64,000 nt of DNA from Selaginella moellendorffii. Lineage: Eukaryota > Plantae > Lycopodiophyta. Positions 15,322-27,682 of this stretch are shown here, piece after piece. Location: the NCBI RefSeq assembly GCF_000143415.4, contig NW_003314264.1, forward strand, positions 1,745,710-1,809,709, in the 5' to 3' direction. A program made the translations under genes and the position numbers. The notes under the pieces were generated by a model, which ran no database searches, was not told where the DNA came from, and saw only the letters and a list, made by a program, of their open reading frames with translations. Every line of letters starts with the position of its first letter. The first letter of the stretch is position 1.

Positions 15322-16289
15322 TCTCTCTCCCTTTCTACTTCGTCGCTACAACCAGCTTGCCATCTCTCTCGCAAACATCGCTAAGAGTGGAAAAAAATAA
15401 AAAAAAACTACAAGAAAACGCTCTTTCCCACCAACGCTAGACCGAATCATCTGCCTCGCGCCATCGATTCCTCCCAAACCCGGCCACATTCCCTCGAAAT
15501 ACCTCCCCCACCGCCGCGACGCGCCCCTCCCGCGCCCCAATTCGCGAAATTCCCATGGCCGCCGCACCGGATCCCTCAAATCCACACCGCATTGCCGCGA
15601 TGATCAAATGCGCCGCTCCCTGCCATGGATCTGGCGCCCGGACTCGCCATGGCGAGAGGAGATCTCACGCTACCGGTCCCCTAAACGCGACAAGCGTTCT
15701 CATTAAACAGTCCACTGCCTCGTCCTCCATAGCCTTCTCTCTTCTCTCTTCCCTGTCTCTACCGGACCTCCAGCGAAGCCTTGCGCCGAGCCTAGTCACG
15801 CACGCCGAACCTCTTCCTCTTCCCAAACTGCTAGCCACGCTAGCACTTTCCGCCACGGTGGCCGGTGCTCCTGCGCACTAGTCACTACCCGACACGTGGT
15901 CGCGTTGTAGGTTATGACTGTCAGTTACTTCCTTATTACCTCCCTAGCCGATCTGGGCCGTTGAGCAGCCGACGCACACGATACGTACACGTTTACTCCC
16001 GTTTTTATTACTGGGAAAAAAAATTTCTCTCCATCTCTTTTATCAAACGCTACACTGTAGTGATGTATGTCCCAACGAAGAACTCCTGGAAAAAACGAGA
16101 TCGTCAAGACTTCCATTCATGGAGAGCATTGACAAGCTAGAAAAAATAAGATTAAAGGGCACTTACTTGGCCAGTTTTTTCAATGCCGCATTGGAAAGAG
16201 GTGGTCGATCATCGCAGCTCAGCGCATTGCATTTGGCACAGTCCAGCCTATTAATGTTGGGGACTTTAAAAATCTGTCTCTCCTTTTAT

Positions 16290-18800
16290 CTACTGTACAC
16301 TGGCTCTGTCGTCTTGTCTATGACGATATAGCTTCGCTATCGTCTTTCGTTCGCAGTCCTGTGGATGAGGGAAGCAAACAATAAAGAAAAAGTTTAGAAA
16401 ACAAGGATCCGATGAGTGAAGTTACGTACCTTGAACATCGCAAATCGGAAGCGAGTGCCAATGTTTGTGCGAACCAACTTCATGTAAGTATACGCGAAGC
16501 TTAGCTGATCTCTCGGGGTGAAACGGTCTACCTCGTTGAACCACAGGCAGGAAAAAAGGTTGGACATTGGCGTGTGTGAACGAACGATTATCGAGCCCTC
16601 TGGAACGTCTGGAGAGAAGAAAAAAGTCAATGAGTACGCTGGTTGTAGCTGATCAGTATATGTCTTACTGCTTGGTAGGAGGCGCTTGGGATCTGAAGCA
16701 TTGAATCTCGTGAGGCCGTCCTGTTGATAGAATAGAAACTGCTCGTCGATGAAGGAGTGATTGAACTTGTTGAGCCTCTTGTTCTGCTGTACTTCGTCCC
16801 AGACACAGTGACGATCATAGTGGTTTGAGATTGTATACTCGTGATTTCCACGCCAGAGAAAGTATTCCAGAATAGACAACGGATTGACCTGTAGCCTCAG
16901 CTTGCTGTCCAGCCAAATGGAATATCTGAAACAAAAGGAAGCTGCATCACCGCAGGAAAAAGAAGTGTTTCATACCTCGCGAATGGAAATAGGCGATGCG
17001 AAAGAAGCTTGGGAATTTTTCCAACCCGACGAAAATCTGCATACGGCAGATTTGAAACTAGTACTACCCGCCAGATGCCAACGAATCCGTTCTCATCAGG
17101 AACTTGACCTTCTTCAAGCATCACATCCAGGCTTAATTGATCCACGAACAAAACAAAACATACTTCTTTCTTCAACGGGCTAGAGACCTGGAAACAGAAA
17201 GAAAACTCAGTTCATGGAGCGAGAGGTTTAGGAAACAAACTTACATACCTTTCGTTTTCTAGGCGAATGGAGCTTATCAGATTTGCCAAAGATGCAGGAT
17301 GATACGGCAACCCGACAACCCGCCAAGTACTCTGTATCCTTATCACTGAGGTCAAAACCAGCGCTCTCGGATGGATCGGGCCCTCGGACGAAACCACAGT
17401 GTATAGTCTTGTTCGCCACACGGAACGAGTCCTCCCTTTCTTCTAAGGTTTGATGACCGGCAAATCTTGGTGTCCAAGAGCTCTCGTTAAGCGGCATTTC
17501 TTCCTTCGAAACATACTTCAGATCGAAGCGAGCGAATTTTGAGCTGTTGTCTGGTTCATGGACGTTGCTCAAGTTTGCAAAGTTTATCTCGCATGCTGGA
17601 ATACACCCAAACGAAGCAGGTGAGAATCATAAATCTCGGAAACGCACGCAAAGTCTAGCTAAGTCCTGCAGCAGTCACCTTCTCCCTTGACTTTACAAAC
17701 GCTCATGTACCTCATCACTAAGCAACGTAAACCCAACCCAGTTCCTCCGCTCTTCTAAGGAATTAGAAACGTACCTCCTCGGTGCTTTCGGGGTGGCCTT
17801 AAATGCTTCTGTTCTGATGTTACGGTTTCTTGAACTGCTGGCATACTTTTCCCTGCCCTCCTTACGACCATTGCCTCACTTTCTTCGTATTCATCTTCCA
17901 TGTCGTCAAAATCCCTATCAGCCTCTGTTGCATTCGATTCTCGAAGGAGATCGTCCTCGTACTGCTTCTCGTATTTCCTAAGCTCTTTCCGCCCTCTTTC
18001 ATACGATAAACCCGGAACTTTCGAAAAGCTGTCCTCCGCAGCCGACCCGGAACTGTTACTTGAAAGAATCTTGTCATTAAGCTCGGCCTGATTTTCCTGC
18101 ACTTGGTTCCGCTGCAGCTCCTTTTGAAGCCTCGCATACTCTTCCTCAAAGCTCCCTTCTATATCCCTGTTCCTGTCATCGGTATCCCAGTCCCTGGAGT
18201 CCCTGTCGCCTTCTCGACCACGAATAGCCTGACCAAAGTGTAACCCGGGCTCGACTTTCCGTGTTTGTCCTCTAGTTACTGATCAACCAAGACACCAAAC
18301 ACGAAAGACTCTTAAGACCTTTCATTCCTAAATCAAACCGGAGGCTCAAGAATGCTTACCTCGATGGTGCTTGAGACCGTGCTTCCGGATCTCTTCAAAG
18401 GTATCCTAAAAGCCACAAGGGAGCAAATAAGAAACTAGAAAACAACAGACAGGAAGCATACCGGGTGATTGAAAAAATCGTCCTTAGTCCCCAAGTCCCC
18501 TACAAAGAAATCGCTAAATGTCGCCACACAAAGACTAGAACTCCACTTACCAGGAACAACGACCAAAGCCCGCCCGATGAAATCACTCCCCAGCAGCGTG
18601 AATCCCACCACTCCCAGCAAAATCGCCAAGTAGAGACCCGCGGAGCACTGCCTGCCCTTGCGTGGCGCCTTCTTTACCCGGCCCCTGCTACCATTGCTTT
18701 CCACATCACTGTCGTGGCCCCGGGCCGACGATCTGGCAGGCGCATTGGACTTGTGATCCCCGTTCACCATCGGGGCGCCGCTGCCTTGGCGAAAAGCCAT
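16290..18800 (-). CDS. DUF616 (MUCI70/TOD1-like) type II membrane glycosyltransferase-like protein
   Basis: N-terminal TM helix. Exons encode FAGHQTLEEREDSF, HCGFVRGP, VSSCIFG, GKIPKLLSHRLFP, SIWLDSKL, WFNEVDRFTPRDQLSFAY and DCERKTIAKLYRH; TAG at 16290-16292. Confidence 0.88.
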
Positions 18801-19228
18801 GCATCACAGCCGCGATCCGGCCCCTGATCTTCGGATTCTACTCCTCCATCGCCGCCGCCGCCGGAGATCCAAGGCGGATGCGAGGGGGGAGGGAGAGCGG
18901 CGCGCGCGTTCACCTGGAGAAGATCCACATCGCGTCCGCGAGGAGAGCGCTTCCAAAAACCCTACTCGCTCGCTCTCTCGTCTCCTCTCTCGACCAATTA
19001 AATTGGTGCTTGGGTTAAAAATATAAAATAAGATTTCACCGCGGTGGAAAGAATTATATCCAGTTAGTTTTTATCCTTTGCTGCGTTATGAAGACAAGAG
19101 AACGATCAAACAGAACTCTTGAAGAACTTCCTCGTTGTAGTTTCAGACTTTAGCAGTGGCGAGATCATTTAAAACAAGCTTGGAGCTAGCAGCGAACTTC
19201 TCCAACGAAAAATCTTTGCGATTTTTCG

Positions 19229-19349
19229 CAACGAACCCCAAAGATCTTTGCTGGAACTGTGTGATCAAACATGACACTGATCGAGCGCCAACGAAAAAAC
19301 CCCAAAGATCTTTGCTGGAACTGTGTGATCAAACATGACACTGATCGAG
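19229..19349. repeat. Local tandem duplication, 2 x ~60 bp
   Basis: CCCCAAAGATCTTTGCTGGAACTGTGTGATCAAACATGACACTGATCGAG occurs twice in succession. Confidence 0.9.
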
Positions 19350-19843
19350 ATTTCTCTGGTTTCCGCTTCAGCATTTAACGAAGCCTCTGGATGATCTGAA
19401 AAGCTTTACGAGCACAGACTGGCGAACCTGAATGAGAGTGGCCTTTTGCGAGTGATGATCATAGCAGCAGCTGCACAAGGCAAAGGATTAGCTTTACGAG
19501 AGAAAAGAGAGAAGAAACTTTACCTTTTCATCGGATTGTCAGCAGCTGCGATCAAAACGAATTAAAATAAGCCAGACTTTCACATGGTTAGCCAGTGCTA
19601 CACAGCTAATAAACAGCACAAAAAAAAAATAAAAATAAAAATTGCCACAGGAAGAACTGCAAAGCTTAAGAACAAGGAAAGCGCTCAATAAGAGAGTTAG
19701 CTTGCAAAGCACAAACGAAAGATACAGAAGCATGGAAAACCAAAGAAGAACAGCAGGAAAACTATCTGCCAATCGCAGACCCAAAACTGACCAAGTAGCA
19801 GCACAATTGTAATGTACACGGTGGTCGAGACTCTCCCAAGCTT

Positions 19844-21063
19844 TCACCGCCCTCCGCCAAAGTTGTCATATCCTTGATTCCTGTAGTCGCTGTAGCCACC
19901 ACCGCCACCACCGCCTCCTCCTCCTCCATAGCCACCACTTCCGTAGCTTCGACCACCATAGCCTCCGCTGGCCTGCGGACATTGACGAGCAATGTGCCCC
20001 TCCTCGTTGCAGTTGTAGCATTTGGCGCCCCCTCCGCCGCCGCTGCGACCACCAAAACCTCCGCCATAGCTCGAGCCGCCGCCACCACCAGCACCAGAAC
20101 CACCACGGACATTGTTGGGACACTCGCGAGAGAAATGACCAACCTGGAGAGTAACAAAACCATCAAAACATGTCAAAGAAAGAAACCAAACATTTTTCTT
20201 TTCTGGAAAACAAAGCACAAGCACAGCAGAAACCAAACAAAAGACTGAATAAACAATCCAGGCTTGGAAAAGTCAATGAAAACAAACAAGGCCAGAAAGA
20301 CGAGAACTTACCTCTCCACACGAGTAGCATTGAGATTGGCTGCTCCTCCCTTTCGAGCCGCCCCATGCATCACCATACGCGCTGGCTCCTCCTCGATCAC
20401 TTTCACGCGGTCGTCCTCTACTGAAGCTTCCATACTCTTGAGTCTCCGCGTAAGGCTGCTGCTCGCGGCCACGACCACCCCTGCTGAAGTTCCCATACTC
20501 CGGGTTCTCGAGAGGTTCTTCTCTCCTTCTCGGGGCAGAAGACCTCACATTCACGTTTTGCTGCATCAAAGAATGAGAACCGAAAGAGAGAAGAAAAAAT
20601 CAAAACTCAAAAACGTCACCTCAAAACTCGCTAGCAGCTCGTCGAGCTTCTTCTCTTTAAGAGCGATGTCCTCTTGGATCTCTTTCACCTTCAAAGGATC
20701 CACAGCCTTCTCCAGATCGCCTCGAGCATAGGCGAGCTCCGCCTCGGCGGCCTTCTTCTCTTCATACTGCGCCTCCGTGAGTTTAGCCTGGAAGAATAAA
20801 CACAAAAGGAAAGGCGATCTTCAAGCCGAAAACTTTTTAACATACATTGGGCTTCCAGTCGCGCTGTGCCTGCTCCTTCAAGATCTCGGTCTCTTTCTTC
20901 CCCAGGCGCTCGGCAATCACTTGCTCTCGCGGCCGCGCGGCTCCAAACGGATTTGGCTGACAAAAGGAGGCGGATCAATCGGCGCGAAAGAGAGAGAGAG
21001 ACGCGAGAGGAGGATTACCTTAGAAGACCTAAGCGGCGCCTCTGATTTCTCTCCCTGGCTCAT
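19844..21063 (-). CDS. Small protein with plant eIF4B-type motif, coiled coil and glycine-rich double CCHC zinc knuckle (5 exons)
   Basis: GT-AG splicing gives [15 protein letters not shown]|[17 protein letters not shown]..|[12 protein letters not shown]..|..RGG..CYSCGE|[40 protein letters not shown] matches the recurrent plant eIF4B motif. Confidence 0.8.
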
Positions 21064-21193
21064 AGTTGCGCGATCGAGATACCCTGATCCCGGAAGAAAA
21101 CCCCAGCTTCTATAAACCCTAGTCAAACGCCGTGCTTCAAGTAAATATTCTAAAAAACGCGATACTTATGCTGACAAGATAGAAAAATGGATG

Positions 21194-23521
21194 TCAGCGT
21201 TTGATCATCGTCCAGAACGACGAGTAGTACAAATGCTGGAGAAAAAAAACCAAGTAAGAAAAAAACCTCAAGCGATAACCAAAATCACTCTTTTGATTGA
21301 GGAATTGAATGAAACCCACCTGACTCATCGAAGTTGGGCACGAAGTGTATGTATTTTGCACTGTGGATTCCTTCTGCTCGAGAAAAAAAGAGGACATGGA
21401 TCAAATCGATGAGAAAGCACTGGAGACTTTTACCTTGAGCTCGAATCCATAGCTAAAAGCTACTTTTTTCACGTCCTCCAAGCTCAGCTCTATGGAGATT
21501 TCCTAGAAAACGAGGAAGATTGCTGATAGAAGAAACGAAAAAATTATAGAGGGCTTACGTCGTGGGAGGAGAATTCGTGAGCATCAGCGAAGTGGTAGAG
21601 AAGGGGCCCCAGATTGATCCACACCTGGCACGAAAAAAACTCCACTAACTTCTTAGATATCAAGAAGAAAAACATAAACATCGATGCTTACACCACCGGG
21701 CTTGAGAACTTTGTGAATCACTTCTATGTAGTCCACGACGTTGTGCGCCGTGTCGATGAAGAAGCAAGTCACGACAGCATCCCAGGCACCTGTAAAACAC
21801 AAAAAACGAAAAACTTTGAGAAAGAAACGATTGTTTTTGGTTTTTTCCTTGAAAGCAAGGCTAACCTGTTTGGCTCTCGTGGCCATAAACCTCCAGAAAA
21901 TCACCGGCACACATCGAAAAGCCTTCAGTAATTCCTGCACTGTTATCTGGATATCCATGAGCTGAACTGTAAGATCGCTGCTGGAACTAGAAAACCTTCC
22001 AGGGTGAACATCAGGAAAGCGTACAGATTGGAGCTGATCCTTGTCCGAAATTTTGTTGCAGTTGCTGTGTATCCACGGGTGCATCTCAAATTCGTCCGGC
22101 TCGACAGTCCTGCATTGCACACTTTTAATCTTCGCTCTACAGAAAATGAAATCGCTTACTGGTTAAGGATAAAACTCGAGCAAATGAGCACGTAATATGA
22201 AAACTCATTCCCTTGGCACATGAACCCTGAAAAACACCTTGTAGAAACCATCAAACCTTGATAGTATAGATTAGATTACCTAGTCGTGATATCTCCAAGG
22301 CTAGTCGTCCCAGTCCCGCTCCAGGAACTAAGCAGCTTGGTCTCCTGCGAGATTTTCAAGAGTGAATCAAGAGATTTTGTGAGTAAACAAACGTACGCCT
22401 CGGGATCAATATTTGGAAACCATGACTGAAGCTCTTGTAGCAGCGGCGAATAGCACTTGTCACGCTCACCAGCTCCCTGTGAAGAAAACTAATCAGGAAA
22501 AGAAGAACACTAGATAAACTCGAAAACCTCTACCTCTTTTGTCCAGTCTCTTACAATGTTTCGAAGAACGCAACGGACCTACACAAGTACAGAGGATAGT
22601 TGCAAGAATGAGAAACTCCAAAGGCCCACGAACCTTATCAACATCTGACGGTCTGACGTGCAAGTGTTGGTCGGTATTGTCCTCAAAATGAAAACCACCG
22701 GTTGAATTTGGCATTTCTCGAGATCCGAAATGGAAGTCATCCATCTTAAGAACATAAAAGCAAACTCTCCAGAACTTGAACAAAAGAAGAAAAAAAAAAG
22801 CATACCTCGTACGAGCCTTGCACCTCGACTGCAGACTTTGTTCCCTCGTTTTCAACTGCTAGTCTCTTGTTACTAACGCTCGTTTCGCTACGACAATCTT
22901 TCCAACCGTTTGCATTCTCGTGGTCTTTCTTGTGATTTTTGCAACCAGCAGTCGTAACGTCCTCATTCCCAGCATCGGAAACATGCTCAAACTGTTGTTC
23001 GTCGTCGCTCATTTCGAAAGGAGGCTCAAAGTACTGCGAGAGGAAAAAGCTTCTTTCATCACAATAAGAGAAGAAATAAAACGAGTACCCGAAGCATTGT
23101 GGATATGAGATGGAAATTCCTTGAAATACACCTGATAGATAGAAAGATGGAACACAAATCGTTTTTTTCTCAACAAGAAGAGTACCTCCTCACTTCGGCA
23201 TATTTCTTTGGCAGATGACTTAGAAGCTCCTACAAAAGGAAAAGCGAAGAAGAAGAAACTCAATGGCTCTCTCCAAATTCCCAAACCTTTTGCCTTGACG
23301 GTAATCGCGAGTACGATCGCTCCCATCGTCTCACATCATCCTCTGCGGAGCTCGCATAGCTGGAATCATCCAAAGCCAAAAATCGGAGAAGGAAGAATCA
23401 ATGCCGGTTTTGGGAGGAAGAGATCCTCGACTCACTTGAGATAGGTGGCAATGACTCTCCGGAGCGCCTTCATCTCCAACGCCCCGTCGATCTTGTCCGG
23501 CTCCACACTCTCCCGCTCCAT
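21194..23521 (-). CDS. CARNMT1: Carnosine N-methyltransferase-like (N2227 domain) SAM-dependent methyltransferase
   Basis: Exons give LEMKALRRVIATY, DVDKVRCVLRNIVRDWT, CLVPGAGLGRLALEI, QGNEFSYYVL, WDAVVTCFFIDTAHN and WINLGPLLYHF; stop at 21194. Confidence 0.9.
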
Positions 23522-23999
23522 GCCGCTCGCGATAAATAGGGTTTTATACAAACGCCACTGAGAGGATAAAGAAAACTCGTGGAGTATTTAAATCGTTGCC
23601 TTAACGAGAATTTATAGGAGATTCTTTCGTATTTGTCTTCCTTCTCAAAACGTTACTAACTTGGAAGCACTGGAGCCGAGTGTTCGTCACAACGCTGAGA
23701 AGCACCGAAAGGGAAAAGGACTGTGGCAAGAAGCATTCCAGTTTCCACTGCGCTTGAGTTAGATTGTCGGAGTATCAAGCTTCGCACCTGGTTGATAGCA
23801 AGATCTACTTGCGGTGGAAATCGAATGCTTCTCGGAGATGATCCGGAATGTCGCAAACTCCATGCAGGAAAAAGCTGAAGTAGGAGATTGTTTGTCGGTG
23901 TTGTCGAGAGATTTTGCACGAGAAGATCTTCACCTGTAATGGAGTTGTCGGGGAAAGCATTTTGTGAGTGAAGTGTCTAACATCAGTGCAGTAGCAAGC

Positions 24000-26043
24000 T
24001 TACCTCGCTGTTTGCCAGAATCTCACGGTACGATCACTTCCACATGTTACAAAGCAAGCTTCACTTGGAGAATGCTCGATACAGCGAAGGGCACCGGCGT
24101 GATTCGAATTGAGCCGACTCATGAGGTCACCAGTAAGAGCATCCCACACGACAACCTGAAAAGATAAACGTGGTGAGCATGAATGTTTATGGAGCTCATC
24201 TAGAATACCTCGCCTTTCGGTTCGTCGCTGGACAAAACGAATTCTTCGTTGTGAGTGAAGACCGCCTGAAAGCAGCACAATGATCATGAAAGTCCAGAGG
24301 GACCACTTCGAAAAACCTGGCATCTCGTCTGAGAGTGTTGGCTGCCAATGTAACGCTTGACTTGCCTACCGCTGCCTACATCCCACAGTACTACTGCAAG
24401 GTCTTTGCCGCACGAAAGCACGTATCTGCAACACAAACCATCGAAAAGCTTAGGGACCAGCAGCAGTAGTCTATCACGACCTTTGATCTCTTGTAAAAAC
24501 GGCGCTTGTGGCTTCAGCTGAAACATGAGCACCTTGAATCGCCCTGACACACCGAGCAGTTTTTCCATCCCAGAAGCGAACACCGCCATCTTTGCTTGCT
24601 GTAACATAAAGGCCTCCGCTCTCCGAGAATCTTACCTGCGGTTGAACTAGTCCATCAATCTCACAAAATATTAAGCATAATTCGCACCTGGTTTATAGCA
24701 CTACCAACATGCTTCTCTTGAAGGGAGGCTGATACATAGCACTGAAGCGTGTTTGAGTCATAGAGATGAGGTATTGGATGGTCCGTTCCTGGCAAAAACA
24801 TTAGCGTGAATTTATAACTTCCCATCGAATGCTTACCAGCAAGCAAAAAATCCCCGCATGGATGAAAGCAAACTGACCGCACGTTGTGTGTGTCCTGAAA
24901 AGCAAAGCCAAAGCGTTAGACCTCGATCATTTCAAAGTTTCACAAAAACCAGCATACTTGAATCGCTTTGACGGCTCGGCGAGCAGAAGTTTTTGCGAAA
25001 TCAAAAAACCTGTAGTCATCTTACATCAGAGAAGTTTCAAAAGGCTAATTCGCTTTACTTGATAGTGCGGTCCTTAGCACCAGAAACAAGAATATGAGCT
25101 TGAGGATGGAAGTCTAGATCGTTAATAGGCTGCGTCGAAAGCCTCAAGTAAGCAAGAACAAAATCGAAAGAAGACTTGCATGTATATGATCGAAAAACGT
25201 CCTGATGGCCGGTCTGATCGATCCTACATCTGGGAGCATCATTTGCTGTATCTTTTCAACCTTCCAAAACAAGAAAAACAAAGGAAGATATCGGCCGAAA
25301 GAAGAAGAAAGGTGAACACTAGAAAGACTAAACATACTTCAAACAGCTTGATTGATGCGTCGGCTCCTCCTGTTGCGACGAGCCGGCCATCCGGGCTGAA
25401 TCGAGCACACCGTGCGGCATTCTGAAACAAAGAAAAGAGAAAACGTTAGCGTGAAAACTTACTTTCACGTGAACAAAGTAGTGCGCTACCTTATGCTCCG
25501 ATATTTGCTGGGAGACAAGCTTTGGGAAGAACTTGGACGCGCGTTTGCCTGTTTGTAACGAGCTGCCAAAGAGTAGCACAATGCTAGATCGAAAAAGAGA
25601 GAAAGTACTTGAAATCGGTGAGTCTCGATGGTAGGACTGGAAGAGGGCCATATCCGATAGAACTCGTCCCAGCGTCGATGGAAGCTGACCCCCTCGCTGG
25701 AGCGCTACTCTCGACGGCAAGTCCCTGCTTACAGAGTAAAAAACGTTAGAAGAATTCGCGAGAATCGTCTGAAAGAATGGAAGGTAGAAGAATTGGCGAC
25801 CTTCTGGACAAGCTCCAGCAATTTGTTTGGAGGAAGCTCGATGTTAAGAGGGATCATGGTCGCATTTGCGACCGCAGTGGCTGCCTGGAACGAAGAATCA
25901 TGGAGAATTTCCAGGCGCTCGCAAGGACGAGGATCGATTACCTGGTTGAGATTATTGTCCCGGAGATACGAGACAATGAGCGCCATCACATGCCGCTGGA
26001 GGAGCCCCTCCTGGAGAAGCCGCGATTGATCTACTATACCCAT
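24000..26043 (-). CDS. CSTF50: Cleavage stimulation factor 50 kDa subunit (WD40)
   Basis: N-terminal dimerisation region (LIVSYLRDNNLNQAA), then WD40 repeats ARFSPDGRLVATGGADASIKLFE, RTFFDH..INDLDFHP, VCFHPCGDFLLAG and FVTCGSDRTVRFW. Confidence 0.92.
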
Positions 26044-26091
26044 TGCAAAGCTCAAGAACCCTAAAAGGGTTTAAAAGAAAGGAGGAGAAGC
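26044..26091. promoter_or_regulatory. Ultra-short divergent intergenic region with inverted telo-box-like motif
   Basis: Only 48 bp separate the ATG at 26043(-) from the ATG at 26092(+). AACCCT-AAA-AGGGTT lies at 26057-26071. Confidence 0.5.
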
Positions 26092-27335
26092 ATGGCCAAG
26101 GACGATGGGGGGAAGCAGGCTAAGGGTCGCAAGCGCCGCGGCCCGGCTCCCTCCACGGCAAGGAATCTCCGATCGTGCACGAGCAGCGCCAAGGTGACAT
26201 TGTCGGATGGCGAAGCCAAAGCCCCGGGATCGCGCGAGGATATGGTGGTGAGCTTGGAAGAGATCGAGAATGTGGTTGTGGCTGTGAGCGAGGACGGTAC
26301 TGCGCCCATCACTCCTCCTACTCCCGCTCCACAGGAAGAGGAGGAAAGCCTCGACGACAACTGGAAAGAGGTTCGTGACGATTCTTTTGTTTGGTCTATT
26401 CGCTTGGATCGTGCTAGGATTTTTTCTCCTTCTTTGCTTCTACTCTCCTGGTTCGAGTGCTATGATCTTTGGTTTGCTCGTTTTGATGGATCGTGCTACA
26501 TTTGCGAAGAAGTTTTTTCTTCGTTTGAGTGCTATGATCTTTGATCTATTCTTTCTCTTGTTTCTGGTTCTACCTTCCTCTGTGCTTGTGTGATCTATTC
26601 CGTGTTTCTTCGTTCTGCTAGAGTTTCTTCCATGTCCTTTATCACAGTTTCTTCTTCTACTTCTTTCTTTCTCTTTTGTGTAGAAGCCATAGCCATCGTG
26701 GTTTATATCCACTTTCTTTTTCACAGGTTACGAGGGCCGTATGCTACGAAATGGACGCCGACTTCTCTCACGGTGACGGGCTTCCGGAGATGGAGACCAT
26801 CGAAGGTAATGGTTTGTTTCCTTCATTTTCATCCAACCAACGAAGGACTTTCACAGCGCCTCCAAAGGAGCCGATCACTGTCCCGGACGATCTCGACGAG
26901 GGGCTCAAGCTGCTGGTGAGCAAGAACAGGATGAGGAAGACCGAGGTATTCAAGCTCAAGCTCGCAATATACCAGCTCTACTCGAAAGTGGGAATTCTGG
27001 AAGCAGCCAACGCGGCAGAAGTGACACAGAGAGAGGAGCTCGACAAGTCCAAGGAACACGCGAGCAAGCTCCAGGAGGAGCTTAACAAGGCCGTGGAGGA
27101 GCTCAAGAGGGCGAAGGAAGACAACACCGGGCTCAAAGCTCGGGTGGAGGAGCTGACTCGCGCCATCGACGCGGATCAGGACGAGGAGAAGGCGAGGAAA
27201 GCCGAGAAGCTCGAGAAGGAGATCGAGAGCCTCAAGTCGCAGATCAAGCAAAAGAATGGAGTCATCGCGCTGCTGCGAAACAGCTACGGCGATCCACGAG
27301 CCAGTCTTGCCGCGAGGCAGTTTATGACACCATAG
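26092..27335 (+). CDS. Uncharacterised protein, basic/acidic N-terminus and C-terminal coiled coil (2 exons)
   Basis: Exon 1 (MAKDDGG..NWKE) splices in frame (GT 26371..AG 26726) to VTRAVCYEM.. and a long E/K-rich heptad region with GC-rich codon usage. No recognisable family motif. Confidence 0.7.
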
Positions 27336-27619
27336 CTGCGAAGTAGCCCAAGTTAAGCATGGCACCATAGCTGCGAAGCAACCATAGCATACCAAGTAAG
27401 CTCTAGTGAAGATCTCTGTGTAGCTAACTCTTCGTCCTCTATACAGCCATAGTAACTTAGCAGCAGCAAGAAGGAAAAGAAAGGAGAAAGTTTTGGAAAG
27501 CTCTCTCACTCTCTTGACTACTTTTATTCGTTCGTGTTCCACACGAAGATCTCGAAGAGGGTGTGGAGAAAAGCGAGAAAAAGCTCAAGGTGGTGGTGAC
27601 AAAACAAAGGAGGTTCTCG

Positions 27620-27644
27620 TCTCTCTCTCTCTCTCTCTCTCTCT
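27620..27644. repeat. (CT)n microsatellite
   Basis: About 12 CT units seen directly. Confidence 0.9.
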
Positions 27645-27682
27645 TCAATCTCTCAATCTCTTTCCTTCTCTAGAGAGAATTT

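Noticed and set aside
19385-19470. TGATGA/CTGA words suggestive of a C/D snoRNA
   Set aside because: The boxes are in the wrong order and there is no terminal stem or recognisable guide.
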